A DNA stretch of 64,000 bases, from positions 273,427-337,426 of the forward strand of contig NIVC01000080.1 of assembly GCA_002269645.1 (NCBI GenBank), written 5' to 3'. How positions within the stretch are numbered: the first letter of the stretch is position 1; each line of letters opens with the position of its first letter. Below, piece by piece: positions 35,879 through 49,139 of this stretch. The notes beneath the pieces were generated by a model that was not told where the DNA came from, did not search any database, and worked only from the letters and a program-made list of their open reading frames with translations. Source of the stretch: Macrostomum lignano. Taxonomy: Eukaryota. Both the position numbers and the translations under genes were made by a program.

Positions 35879-37340
35879 CAAACCTGAGGGGGGTCTGACA
35901 AGGGGGGTGGCTAACAACTACCAACCACCAAGGCATGGGGAATGAGAGTCAGCTGCAGCTAATAGGGCAGGGAATATTGGTTTTAATCTGTAATTTTTAT
36001 TTTGGCATATTTTTGTATGCAATGAAATGTTTGTTGGCATACATTGGCGTACATGAGCTATGGAAGCAATTTTTGTTCCAGCATAAAGCAGTACACAATC
36101 CTGACCCTAGTGTATAACTAAGCAATTATGATTTCTACATAGGCCTTTAAGGCATTGCAACAATAAAAGACCTTTTTATATTTGCAATAAACTATAGTCT
36201 GGATCATGGCAAGCATATATTGGAATGAAAATGCTTATTTTTTCAATTTTATGCATTTTACATGGGTTATATCAAGGGTCACTAAGTATGCACTATGGCC
36301 TAAGAGGCATTGCAACAATAAAGGACTTTTTTGGCACTTTGCATTTGCATTACTCAACAAAATAGCACTGCTATGTAGAGCATGCCAAAAACTATAATTG
36401 GTTTCTAAAATAGGTCAAATAATGAGAAAGTTAGGGCAATAATTTTTTTGTAAGTCTTTCCAATTTTTTTTCTAATTTTTTTCCTATTTATTTTTATAAC
36501 CAATTTAGCCCAAAATCTAGTTTTTTTAATAAGTATTATTGATATAATTTTTATTTTACTAAATTCTATGGCTTATTTTTTTATGCTTTATCCTTTATTT
36601 ATTTATAGCAACATCTAATTGTAACATTTGCAATCATTCTTCAAAAGTTAATATTAGATCTAAAGTCTATTGAAAGACTATAAAATGACATGTTTTATCA
36701 TTTTTGCTATAATAAGTAACTTTATTTCTTCTTTCCTTTTATAATAAGCATAGTTTAACATATTAAAAGTCATTTCCTAACTAGGGGCAACAAAGCTAAC
36801 TAGTTAAGAAAGTAATAAAAGTGAGAATATTTTAGTGAGAGGGAATTAAGGATAGGATAACAGGTAGCACATCTTGAGGAAAGTAAGGGGTGCTTGAGCA
36901 GTTATAAGCATATAGTGCTCAGAAATTACCATGTGCTTTTAGTCATGGGTATAGCTAGACATTTCCTCACAAGTTTAATCATTGCAATTTCTTGGCTCCA
37001 TTTATCTTAGTATATTGCTGAATTAGACTTAATCAGCTAATCTTATACTTTTGCTTATCTTTACAGGGATAAAAATACCCTTAAATCCTGTAAATGAAAC
37101 TGCCAACATCTTTATCAATTTTCATTTTAGCCACTTTTAAATTAGTTATGTAAGTAATTTAAAAAAAATTGAACATTTTTTAGTTTAAGTTTAAAGTCAA
37201 GTTATAAGTATTGCTTATTCTTTTACAAGTTTGAGTAATACTGTTTGCAAGTTTCAGATCTATTTAAAGTTAAAAATATTTAGATTAGATAGATCAAAAT
37301 GAGTTGAATATTATTAGTTAAGCTTACAAAAGCTTTAGAG

Positions 37341-37695
37341 GGCCCATGGCATAGTAGTCTAGTGTGTTGCTGTGATGTGTCAGCTGCCCAGACTTGATTC
37401 AAGTGCAGTCACATTAATTTGTGGCTGAATTGGAATCTTTGCTTGGGTCTGCTTGTGCAATTAGCACCCTTGATTGAGGGCTAACCCTAAGGCACAGTGA
37501 AGTGTACATGCATAACAGTAAATGAGGTTAGGACCGCTGTACACCTGTGTGTGTGCCTGTGAATATGACTGCACACTTGCCTGCTCAGTGGAGTCGGCAG
37601 AATGGGCAGTAATGGCTCTCGCCAGTTGTGTGACAATGTGGCTTCAAGTGCTCCAGAGTGCACTGCACACAGCCGCCCCTTCGCCTCTAATAAAA
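37341..37695 (+). mobile_element. SINE family B copy (tRNA-like head, GGAGTCAGCGGAATGGGCAG core)
   Basis: It shares GGCACAGTGAAGTGTACATGC, GCCGCTGTACAC, GGAGTC.GC.GAATGGGCAG and TGTGACAATGT with the other copies, and ends in CTCTAATAAAA. Confidence 0.8.
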
Positions 37696-37958
37696 ATATT
37701 CAAGCTTTAAATCACTTCCCCAATGAAATGTAACCATACATTTTTGTTTCATGCTCTCAGTTTTAATTTTTTGTTAATGTTAAAGTTTTAGTTTGCAGTC
37801 GTTTTGATTGTTTTGCTTTTTTGTTGCGTTAATAACTTTTTTGACCATTCAACAATCAACAAACGCCTTTTTTGATCTTAAAACAGCACTCATCTGGGGA
37901 CGACTTCCTTTCGGATCGAAAGTTTCGTCGTAAAAATAGTCGGCCGCAAAAAGTGACA

Positions 37959-40083
37959 ATGATTGCTGACCAGAACCAGTCAACTCACAATCGGCACAAG
38001 CAGTCTAATGATCTTCCCCAGCAAGTTGAGCAGATTGATCATCAGTCTGCTCTGGTTGCAGCGCAGGATGTGCCAAACGCTGCTGATGCTGATCCCTTTG
38101 CATCTCTTGTGATCGATGCTCCCGATCCATTAGCAGTTACTGCTGTTCCCACAGTGGCCGTCCAAGCCAGCAGCAGTCTTGGCCTGTGCGAGACCTGCGG
38201 ATCGCCATTGTCCAGAATTAAAAATGGCCGATCTGACGCGTGCGACTTCATTGTTTTGTGCATCGACTGCACTTGCAACAGAATTAGCTTGCTGTTGGAG
38301 GAAAGTGGCAGTTGCGAACGAGGTGCTCCTGGCGATGCCAAAGCGGACACCAGCGTCGCTAGTGGAAGCGGCACTAGCGCTGGCAACGCAGCGTCTGTGT
38401 CTTCATCAATTTATGCGTGCCGCTTGTGTCAACCGCCAGTAATGTTTGCCTCGTCAAGACTCTACCTAGAGCACTACATGTGTGAGCACGAAAAAGTGAC
38501 GCTTAAAGTTGAAGCATCCACTCCAGCAGATGATGAGCTAGATGCGGACGCTGCTATCGCCGCTGCAGCGGAAGCTTATCGTTGCAGCCACTGTGGTCTG
38601 GGCTTCCGCTCAGAGGACGATGTTGAGCAGCACGAACGTTTTCATCTTGAATGCGAATTCGATGCCAATCGGCTCCGATGCTATTACTGCTGCAAAGAGT
38701 TTAACGAGTTGGATGCGCTCAATGCTCATCAAAGGGCGCACAGCACGGAGCGGCCACACCAGTGCACAGTGTGCGACCGCAGCTTCAGCTTCGCCTGCAC
38801 CCTTCAGCGACATATGCTTGTGCACCAGGCATTTCACAGCACTTACACATGCCACTACTGCGACCAGACATTTTCTGATGCTGGTCAGCTTGATCGGCAC
38901 TTTGACGTGTGCGAACGAAATATGGACGATGCGGCTGGATTGTCGCCAACTGACGGTAAGAAGTCTTTCAATCCAGCTTACAACCTTTCGCCATGATTTG
39001 AAACGGTATTGATTTTCCTTCTTACGCTTATATAACCCCTTTACAATCCAGCAAGAAAGGCGGCCATAGTTTAGTGGTCTAGTGCGCGGCGCTCTATGTG
39101 CCAGCGGCCCATGCTCGATTCCAAATGCAGTGACATTAATTGGAATCTCTGCTTGGATCTGCTAAAGCCATTAACGTTCTTAAGGGCCAAGTCAGCCCCC
39201 AAGGCACAGTTGAGTGTACATGCCTAACACAGGCAAAAGTGTCCTCTGTGAGTGTGTGCCTGTGCGTATGACACTGCGTACATATCAGCGCGCTTGTGTG
39301 CCTGCTCAGGGGAGTCAGCGGAATGGGCAGTAATGCCTCTCGCCGGTTGTGTGACAATGTCGCTTAAAGTGCACCAGGGTGCCCTGCCTCTAATAAAAGA
39401 CCCAGCAAGAGGCGGAGATGTGACGACTCGAAAATTTATTCATAGAAATTTGAATTTTAGGTTCAAAGCCGGGTGCTCCTAACCGGTTCCTGCCGTACAG
39501 TCATACCTGTTCGACATGTGGCAAATCTTTCCGCCTTGCCTGGCGCTACAAGCTTCACATGCGCGCGGCCTGCAACACAGCCGATAAGTATAACGCTGAC
39601 TCTGACCGCACGTGCAGCATCTGCAAGAAAATGTTCGCCAATCCTATGAATCTTCATCGGCACGAGCTCATACACGCTGGCATTCGCAACTACCAATGCA
39701 AATTGTGCGGCAAGGCGTTTGTACAAAAGACCCAACTCGAAACGCACATGAATATACACAATGGAATTAAACCATTCCAGTGCGAGGTTTGCAGCAAAAC
39801 TTTCACTGATCGATCAACCTTTCACAAGCACAAGAAGATCCACGGTAAGCCAAAGTCATTCCCGTGTACTGTGTGCGGCAAAGTGTTCAACCAAGCCGGC
39901 TACCTGAAATTGCATGCCAAAGTGCATGGAGCAGGTGATGGCGGTGGCACCGATAATGTTACACAGAGACCACTTCCTGCGATCCAGTCTACCGAGTTCG
40001 CTGTTGCAGCCGCCGCCTCTGCGTCTGGTGCCGCAGCTTCTGTGGCACCCGGCCTCACTTACTGCAACTTGGATCAGCTCTAG
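37959..40083 (+). CDS. C2H2 zinc-finger protein, ~10 fingers, 2 exons, ~539 aa (37959-38955, 39461-40083)
   Basis: The GT-AG junction is in phase (GAC G|GT TCA) and the total is 1620 nt. Fingers include CSHC..HERFH, CYYC..HQRAH-STERP, CTVC..HMLVH, CKLC..HMNIH-NGIKP and CEVC..HKKIH. The start codon is inferred. Confidence 0.9.
39061..39400 (+). mobile_element. SINE family B copy in the zinc-finger gene intron
   Basis: A-box-like TAGTTTAGTGG and B-box-like GCTCGATTCC are present, with the same core as 37341 and 60530. Confidence 0.82.
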
Positions 40084-41724
40084 AAAAAGTAGAATCAAAT
40101 AAGATTTGAGAAAGCACTTGCCTAATTTTTCTTCAATAGATTTCGTTGCAAATTTACAAGTATTGTACGTTTAGATTATTCTCTTTGAACCCTGCTTTTC
40201 AATAAGTTATCTAAACGTTTCAAGGTTTTGTGTTACCGAAAATTTAAAGTATGCCATTTTGTTATTTAGTTGAAATTCCGTATGTACTATTGTTTTTATT
40301 TGTTATTAGCAATTATACGTATATATGTTTTTTATTATTTGCGTTCAGTGTCTTTTTGGTGTTGTACCTTCATAGTATCTGACATCTAAAAGAGTCGCTG
40401 ATTGTGTATTCGAGTGTTGAAACCTGAACAATAAACTTATTATAGTTATACGCTTGTTCTCGTGACTTTAGCAATGAAATTTTGATGTCCTTATTGTTCT
40501 TTATTGAAATTTTAGTAATTTGCTTAAGCTAGTATTTATCATCGCTTATCCTTGTTTAATGCTCTTGGTTATAATAAAAACCGTCATTCCCTGCACCAGT
40601 ACATTTTCCTATTTCGTCAATTCGCCTTATGTGTATTTAGTTAGCTTAATTACTATTTAAGGTTTTAATTTTTTAATTCTGCCACGAAAATCCTGGATTG
40701 TTTTGTGTTGTTTGTAAATTGTAACTAATATAATATATCTATCTGTGCAATTCTCTGGCCTGTTTCTCTCATCAATCCAACCTTTTCACCGTGTTTCTCC
40801 GTGTTGCTCTAGTGGGTTACCGCTCGTGGCTTTGATTGTTTTCATAAAGAATTTGAGTTGTTTAAGAGCTTCAGATTAGATCAGAAAATAATCAGCAACG
40901 CCTTGCAGCAAATCTGACTCATATTTACTCATATCTACTTAAGTAATGTACGTTCTTGCGCAGAGTTCATGCTTCATAAAATTGATTCGGATCATTCTTG
41001 ATTACTTTGCTCGTTTTTTGATGTTAAACACTTTCTTGGCTATCGTATACCTTTAAGTACCTTATTAAAGTTGATTGATTTATACGCTAATAGATGCAGT
41101 TTGGTAAGAAATCAAGTTATAAATCCATATGCTAAAAGTATTTGCTAAGTTTGAGAATGCCAGCAGATTTCCAGATTTGCATGATAGCTCGTGTTAGCTA
41201 AGTGCATAGGTAAATTTGAAGATCTTTCAAATAGAGAAGTAAAAGTTGCGTAAAATATTTGGAATGTTAGGGATTTTCCTGCGATCTGTTCTCCTATAAT
41301 AGATAGACGGATTTGTCTTTAGAAATTATAGTGTGGTTGTTTGATTTTTCAGGCGTTAATAGTCTTAATATTCTGTTGACAGCACAGCACCAACATTTCC
41401 TATTAATATCCTTTCTGTGTTTTAAATGTGCTTTTCATTGTATCTGCGCAGCGCACACGTTAAAGTTCAATAAATTTATTACAATACAGTTGGCTCGCAG
41501 CTGTCGCGTCAGTACTGTTACTTTAACTTTTTTAGTTTTAAAAATTTATTTAGGATTGCATAGTTTCTTTGTACTAGAAAACTCATTATTTTAACTCTAT
41601 ACTCTGCCCTCCCGTTAACTCGTTACGATAATTAGTTGCTTCTGTGATTTTCAATATAGTTAAAAGCAGGACTAGGACTTAAGGTTACAACGAGTGTTGA
41701 TATTAACTTGTAACACTTTAGAGG

Positions 41725-41945
41725 GGGGTTATAGCCTAGTGGTCAGAGCGTGGGACTTACGACTTGAAGGTCAGGGTTTCGATTCCCGATCCCTCTCAGA
41801 AATAATTGTGTCCTTAAGCAAGACACTTAACTCTGCATAAATTCAGTACACCGAGCTGTAAAATGGGTGTCAGTCTTAGCTGGGGTAATTGAGGGTGTGT
41901 GGCGACCCCACCCCCAATCCTTGGACTGAACAGCCGTAGCATCTT
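41725..41945 (+). mobile_element. SINE family A copy (CORE-like)
   Basis: A box TAGCCTAGTGGT and B box GTTTCGATTCC are present. TGTGTCCTTAAGCAAGACACTTAAC...CTGTAAAATGGG resembles the MIR/CORE domain. Confidence 0.85.
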
Positions 41946-42662
41946 TGGGACACCCGTTGTTGTTTCTGTACGACCAGAAGTAAAAAAACCGCTATTCTCG
42001 AGCTCCCACCCACCCTCCGGTCACCGAGATTTCTGTCAATAGCTTTAGCTTTAGGTTAAACGATGTACTAAGATAGTAGTTTAGTAGTTCGCCGAATGTG
42101 TATTTTCGGTGAGCATAGACTTGAGAACAGAAATAGACAAGAAGACGGATAAAGTATGAAGATGGATTAAGAGACTTTCTGTTAGGATTTATATTTCAAG
42201 AATTACAAGAATTAGAAAAAATCAACTTGAGTATGCTGTTTAAGAAAATATAATTTCAGTTAACGGTCAATTGTATTAGACAGTTTGAAGATACAAGTAC
42301 ATTCGCTTCGGAACAGGCTCTTTACGATTGGTAAAATATTAAGCACGCACAAGCCTTGTATCGAAAGTCACTTACAAGCCAAGGCAACAGACTTGTTTTC
42401 CAACTAAAGATAATTATCCTGTCGCTAAGCTAAGAGTAGTATGAATTGTCGCATATTAACGAATACAAAATATCGCCTATAAATCAATGTAGAGTAAACT
42501 ATTCAGCAATTATAGTATCCTTGATATATGTTATCAACCTACAGACTACTTTTACTGCATTACCAAATATATTAGTCATCCTAATGTGATTTGTTCATTT
42601 CAGCTGGACCAGCAAAGCATCCGCACACGGGTAGCTAGATCACCTTCCCTTACTGAGCAAGG

Positions 42663-44616
42663 ATGCAGCGCCAATCAACTTTGGATCGGCATCCGCAAAT
42701 GTTTGTCAAGCACCGTGTCCAGTCGCAAGATGTACTTGGCCGTTGCCAAGGCGACGGCGTAGCCGACGGTGAGCCGGTAGGTGCTTGGCCGCATGCCCGC
42801 TCAGGGCACCGGCTGCTAGCAGGAGCTCACAATCTATGGTTAATTGGCGGCTTTCACCCAGAGGAGAACGACGCCGGTGGCCTATTATTTGAAGAGGTGT
42901 GGCAGTACAACATCGCTAGCGGTCAGTGGCGCCGGCTGGTTACAACTGGCGACATGCCGGCCGAATTGGCGTCCCATGCGGCTCTATTAGATCCGCCCTA
43001 CCTGCTTGTCCATGGAGGCACCGCCACACCGTTTGGGATTCGAAGGAGTCGCCGACTGCATCGACTCTGTTTGCGCACCTTGCACTGGTCTGAGGTACCC
43101 CTGACCCATATTGGCGGGCCCGACGGGCGGCCTAGAAAGGTAAGCAGCTTACTTAATTACTGCAGCTGCAGAAAGACTTGAAAGTTTTAAAGGAAGGTTA
43201 AAAACCAATATTTAATACCTTTGACGTAGTAGAGATTGTTCCAAGCATCAAATTTTAGACCAATATTTAAGTTTAGGATGAGGGCGCACTGCAGCTCCGC
43301 AGTAAATGCGTCAGACTTCCCCGGTTCGATTCCCGTGCGCGGCCACATTCATTTGGGGCTTTATGTAAGACAAATTGACCGCCGAATTTTCGTTTGATTC
43401 ACACCCAACCCCCAGAGCGCAGAGAGTGTACATGCGTGACGATTAGAATGTCAGGGCCGCTGTACACCCTGTTTGAGAGTGTGAATTTATAAGTGCGTGC
43501 CTACGTACAGCAGTTGATGGGTGCTTACAACCCTCTTGCGATTATATTTTTTGTTGCAGATGCAGAATATAGTTTCTAATACTTGTTTGTTTTGTACACT
43601 TACGTACTACTCGTATTTTATTGGGTTTTTTTCAAACGGCATCTGTAAAATAACAGTATACTCCATACAAAAATCCGTACAAACACGTGCAGGTCTATGG
43701 GCACTCATTCACGCTGGTTAAACGACCAGATGGCAATCGGGTAATATACCAGTTCGGCGGCACTACTGGTCACGTCTACACTAATTCTGTCCACGCTCTC
43801 GACATGGACACCTGGCAGTGGTGTCACTTTGACCCTCACTCCCCGCTGCCAGCTGCTGCTTTAGATGACGCGGACGAGCTTGAGGCTAATGCCACTAATG
43901 GCTATCCGCCAAGTCCGCGCTACAGGCATGAAACCGTGTACTGGCGGGGTTGTCTCTTAGTAGTTGGTGGCGGTACATCAGTATCCGTGTGCAAACTAGA
44001 CCGCTTAGCCATGTTCTGCCCGGAGTCCCGCACTTGGTCCCGGATGCTGACGCATGGTGCAGTTAACAATGGTGTGCCGCAGGCACGGCGTTGCCACTCG
44101 TGTCTACTGCATGGCGATTGGCTTATGCTCTCAGGCGGATGCACTCAAAACAACATACCACTGGGCGATGTCTGGTTCCTGCACCTGCCAACAGCCGTTT
44201 GGCATCGATCAGCTTACCGTCTGCCTCAGCCGACCTACTTTCACGCATCCGCAGTCACCCCGGCCGGCCAGGCCTTCATATTCGGCGGCGTGGTCACTAC
44301 TCGCCGGGGTGAAAGTCCCAGTAGATCCGATGCCCTCTACAGCTGTTGGTTTCCAGGAGCGCCTGGTCGTCTGGAATCTTTGTGTCTTCGACTGATTGTG
44401 CCGCGTGCCGTGGCCTGGCTGCGCCGATGCAGCCTGACAATTCAGTGTCAGAGCTTGAGACTGCGGCTAATGGAGCTCGGCGTGCAGCCAGACCTCATAC
44501 TGGATTCATTGGCTCAGCTTGTCTTCTCGCTGCCTCCGGCACCACCGACGCCCGAGGCTGACCCTTCCGTTGCCTGGCAAAGACTGCAGGAACAGAGGCC
44601 CAGTCCTCCCGCCTGA
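42663..44616 (+). CDS. KLHDC10: Kelch domain-containing protein 10, 2 exons, ~466 aa (42663-43139, 43693-44616)
   Basis: The junction is phase-0 GT-AG. Family motifs: ARSGHR, LFEEVWQY, MPAELASH, HGGTATPFG, FGGTTGHVY, PRYRHE, GGGTS, ARRCHSC, YFHASAVTPAG. The C-terminus has a BC-box-like LESLCLRLI. The start could instead be the ATG at 42699. Confidence 0.92.
43280..43520 (+). mobile_element. Diverged SINE family B copy in the KLHDC10 intron
   Basis: It contains GGTTCGATTCC, GAGTGTACATGC and GGGCCGCTGTACACC. Confidence 0.65.
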
Positions 44617-45329
44617 TGACCGAGCTCTAAACTAAGGAATCCTCTAGTTTCTTTACTCCACAGGTAGCAACACTAAGCTGTCCCATTTCAAATCATTTTT
44701 TCACTCACACTGAACAGATTTCAGAGTTTCAGAGCACCTTCTTACACAATTTAGCGTAACTGTGGTCTGCTGCAACCAAAACTTGATCATCAAGTCTCCG
44801 CAACTCTCTTAACCGTTAGTTTAAGAATTACAAGAAATTTGTTACATCATAGATAATATATCGCTATACCAAACATAATAAGTGGGTCAAAAAAAATTTT
44901 TAAAGCGTAAAATTAAACGTGATAAATTTTCTTTTCATCACAAATAAGTCTCGAAGTCAAAAGAAAAATATTAGGGCTACTACTACAAATGCTACTACTT
45001 TTAATGTTTTGCCTTGCCTTCAGCTTCAAGGGAATTGTAGAGAACCTATTCAGCTGCAACGTGATGAGATAACTCAAATCGATGTCATCAGACATAAGTT
45101 GTATGCCAAATTGTGAGTGAAGGCGTTCTAAAACTGTTATATGTAAATGAAAAAAGTGAGTGAGACAACAGAGAAATCTTTCATGAAACTTGGGTGTGGC
45201 AGCTGAGTGTCGCTTTATGGGTAGCAAAGCGACAATCGTGGATTCCTTGCTCTGAGCCATTGAAAACGTTACCGTGACAGGATTTGCTTAAGAGTCATTG
45301 TAATCAAATCGAGTGTATAAAATCTCGTA

Positions 45330-45830
45330 TAATGACTATAGCAACTCTGGGACGACTCTTTAACGACTCAAACGACTGTAATGCGACGGATAGGCGACTG
45401 TTGAGTCACGAGCGCATTACGTGAGTTGCAGAATTGTAAAAGTTTCGCGAAAAAGTCGTCCAAAAGTTGTGCTGGCGCTCAACTTACTACTAACTCAAGT
45501 AGACTAAATAGAGTTTCGTTATAAATGCCAAATGCGATTCTAATTCATAAAGTGACGCAGATGCGCTTTAGACGCAACTCAGTGATTCTACAGCGGCTTT
45601 AGCACGTCTCAGATACGACTACGTCCCCAGATTCATTATGGAAGCGCCCCAGTCGCGGACAATAAAACGACTCAAATAGACTCTTTGGCGACTTTTTGAC
45701 GACTTTTGCCACGACGTCTTGTCGTTTTAGAATCGTCTAGAGTCACTTCTTTCCTATTTTACCTGTGCTACCTGCAATGACTCTGAAACAACTCTGGGGC
45801 GACACAAGTGACTCTAAGACGCTTCTCGGT
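45330..45830 (+). repeat. CGACTC-rich interspersed repeat, copy 2 (longest)
   Basis: It aligns with 50275-50550 (direct) and 7235-7502 (inverted). Confidence 0.8.
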
Positions 45831-47253
45831 CTAGGTGCCATTTTCATTGGGTGGATGCTCTTGAGTTTCTGAGAAAGGCTGTGTTTCTAATCTGCTTTGA
45901 TTTATTTTTCCTAGTAAAATTTCCTGTTTCGTGTAATGTACCGGTATATTCATATGCTTAGTTGAAATTAAAAACCGATTGGCACACGAAGGAATGGCAT
46001 GAAGGAAGGAAGGTGCTGTATTGGCAGTCCGCTTTACCAATAAGGCCGTTGGCTAAGTTCCTGCTAAACTTTTTTCATAGAATATTTATTTAAAAATGAA
46101 CATGTTTGAACATATAGTTTGAAACTGTCCAAAGTCATTATTTCAGCCTATTACTTTGCTTTCTATCATCATGATCTGCCATATTTTATAATCATTTCCA
46201 ACTGGACTAAATGTTCTCACCATGTGCTCCATGCTCTTGATTTTGTGTTTCCTAACCACAATGCTTTTGAGTATTTGAATGATAGTCAATATAGTAGAAA
46301 ATATTTGTAAATATACATTGTGTTTCCATCACTAATCTGGCATTCTTTCTCTGTTGGCTCTTTCATTAATTTGTTTACGTGTATTTAAGTTATTTAGCGG
46401 TGTAACTTTTTAGGCGCTGTGGTCACAAACAAAAAATATTGTCTCAGCAGTAGTAATACGCTTGCAGTATCAATTTATGCTTTTGTGTAATGCAGTTAGG
46501 CTTTTAAACTTTCAATTTTTGCGTTTCGCGTGCATGATTTCCTCTATTTTGTATATGCAGATTTTTGTGGTTTTGGTAAATTCTTCAATTTGTTTTCTTG
46601 TTCTTGTATACCTTGTCGCATTAGATCCTGGAAATTTTAATTTAAGAATTGACTTAATTATAAAAAATAAAGCACACAAGTAATAAACTATACATTACTA
46701 TTCACTATGTGTTCACTTATTATTTTTGTAGTATAAACCTGGTCTCGTATGTATTTCAGCATATTTTGTCAGGTAGCTTATAGGTGAAATATTCTTACAC
46801 ATCCATCTAAGACAGGGGTTGACAAACTTTTATACCTCAAGGCCAGATAGAGAATTTAGCGCATGACCAGAAGAGGAGAGAGAGATGAGAGATGAGATGT
46901 AGGAGAAAAGAGGGACGAGAAGCCCAAGGCTAGGCGAGGCGAAAAGAGAGGAAAGGAGAGATGAAATAGAACAGAGAGCAGATAAGGAGAGGTTGAGAAG
47001 AAGAGAGGAGAGAGAGACGAGATTAGAGAAATGGGAGCTGAGAAAAGATACAGATCTTGCTCGGACCGCTTTGTGAAGTTTCAAAGAAATATAAGGTGTA
47101 GAATAAATCTTTTTTTATATACCTTTAGTTATGGGCACTCGTAATTAGATGAAAAATAATTGAAAGCTCATTGATACTTTTTGGTTAGAGAATAAATCTG
47201 TCTGTCTTTATATTTCAGATTTAAAAAACTACAACCAACTATCAGAAGCCAGC

Positions 47254-48974
47254 ATGGGGTTCTACTCCATTCTTAAAAAGCTGAAGGAGAAAGAGAAGGA
47301 AGTTCGCATTTTAATTCTTGGATTAGACAATGCTGGTAAAACTACGCTTGTCAAGAAGTTCAATGGCGATGATATTGACGAAGTGTCGCCTACGCTGGGA
47401 TTCTCTATCAAAACTCTTGAGCATCGCGGCTTCAGATTAAACGTATGGGACGTTGGCGGCCAGAAGTCGCTTCGGTCCTATTGCGGAACTATTTCGAAGC
47501 CACCGATGGTCTTGTGTGGGTAGTTGACAGTGCTGATCAGCGGCGGTTGTCTGATTGCAAGCAGGTAAAATAAGTTTTCTGCATGGCACTTTGAAACCCT
47601 GTATTGCGTTATCATTTTCTGCGCTTACTTAATTAATAGGTTTTAAACTCAGTTAAGGGCTGAGTTGGGTCTAACCTACAATATAAAAATATAAGTTTTG
47701 AAATCCCTAGAATCCAAATAGTTATTTCAAACGAATAAATATGAATTACATAAATATAAGAAACCCCAGATAGCAAGCATCCCAGATAGCAAGCATCCCA
47801 GATAGCAAGCATCCCCCAGATAGCAAGCATCCCCCAGATAGCAAGCACCCCCCAGATAGCAAGCATCCCAGATAGCAAGCACCCCCCAGATAGCAAGCAC
47901 CCCCAGATAGCAAGCACCCCCAGATAGCAAGCACCCCCAGATAGCAAGCACGCCAGATAGCAAGCATCCCAGATAGCAAGCACGCCCCAGATAGCAGCAT
48001 CCCAGATAGCAAGCATCCCAGATAGCAGGCATCCCAGATAGCAGCATCCCAGATAGCAAGCATCCCAGATAGCAAGCATCCCAGATAGCAAGCACGCCAG
48101 ATAGCAGGCATCCCAGATAGCAAGCATCCCAGATAGCAGGCATCCCAGATAGCAGGCATCCCAGATAGCAGGCATCCCAGATAGCAAGCATCCCAGATAG
48201 CAAGCATCCCAGATAGCAAGCACGCCAGATAGCAGGCATCCCAGATAGCAAGCATCCCAGATAGCAAGCATCCCAGATAGCAGGCATCCCAGATAGCAGG
48301 CATCCCAGATAGCAAGCATCCCAGATAGCAGGCATCCCAGATAGCAAGCATCCCAGATAGCAGGCATCCCAGATAGCAAGCATCCCAGGTAGCAAGCGCC
48401 CCCAGATAGCAAGCACCCCCCAGATAGCAAGCATCTCTAAATAGCCAGCATCCCTTGATGTAGAGAGAATTCCTAGATAGCTAGTCGTATATTAAATGGC
48501 TTCTAGCTTGAAAAAACAGGATGATAATTTGGCATCCGGGGTCCAAATTCCGGATGCCAGCATAAAAATTTATGTGACATGACACTCGGTATGACGCGAA
48601 ACTTGTGAGCTAGCGGAATTGACCTGCAAGATCTTTCTAGACGATATCAAGTTTCCAGCTTATGACGTTTGCAACTTGTGAAAACAGAGACATATTTTTT
48701 AGATTTGATAATTTACTGCCATTCGCTGTAGGAGTTCGGACAGCTGCTTGTCGAAGAGCGCCTTGCGGGCGCCAGCCTGCTGGTGTTTGCCAATAAGCAG
48801 GACCTGCCGGGCGCCCTGGATGCCGGCCAAATCTCCGCAGCCTTAGAGCTGGATAATGTAAAGACGCATCATAGCCGGATTTTTGGATGCTCTGCGGTCA
48901 CTGGTCTGAACCTTCTGGAAGGAATTGACTGGCTTATTGATGATATTGCATCCAGGGTATTTTCCGCTGATTAA
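47254..48974 (+). CDS. ARL2: ADP-ribosylation factor-like 2, 2 exons (47254-47564, 48732-48974), with a 1-nt frameshift near 47483
   Basis: Motifs: [27 protein letters not shown]. Restoring one G gives [19 protein letters not shown], then [17 protein letters not shown]...GCSAVTG...IASRVFSAD. The corrected length is 184 aa, as in ARL2 orthologues. Confidence 0.92.
47762..48435. repeat. 16-18-bp minisatellite (CCCAGATAGCAAGCAT), about 40 copies, in the ARL2 intron
   Basis: The unit can be read directly. It explains ORFs 47633..48430, 47727..48434 and 47746..48351. Confidence 0.96.
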
Positions 48975-49139
48975 ACTAAAGTGCTCACAGATCTAAAAAG
49001 CATTGAGTAGCTAGGCCTGTGCGAAACTTGTTGAGTCTTGTAGCAAATACCACTGTAGTACAGCAGGACCTAAAACTCTAGGATCGTGTAATTTTTTATA
49101 GGCCTAGAGATAGCAAAAAATTCATAGCAAATCTGTAAT

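Noticed and set aside
45336-45349. X-box-like ATGACTATAGCAAC upstream of ARL2, suggesting an RFX-controlled ciliary cluster (RFX, NEK, ARL2)
   Set aside because: It has two mismatches to the consensus, lies inside a repeat family (a similar site occurs near 50279), and is ~1.9 kb from the ATG. The RFX here is of the 5/7 class rather than the ciliogenic 1-3 class.
46833-47060. CAGGGGTTGACAAACTT hAT/Charlie-like left end followed by a GA-rich tract
   Set aside because: No matching right end or TSD was found. ORF 46830..47084 is low-complexity noise.
47633-48434. Long Cys/Leu/Trp-rich ORFs resembling membrane proteins
   Set aside because: They are translations of the intronic CCCAGATAGCAAGCAT minisatellite.
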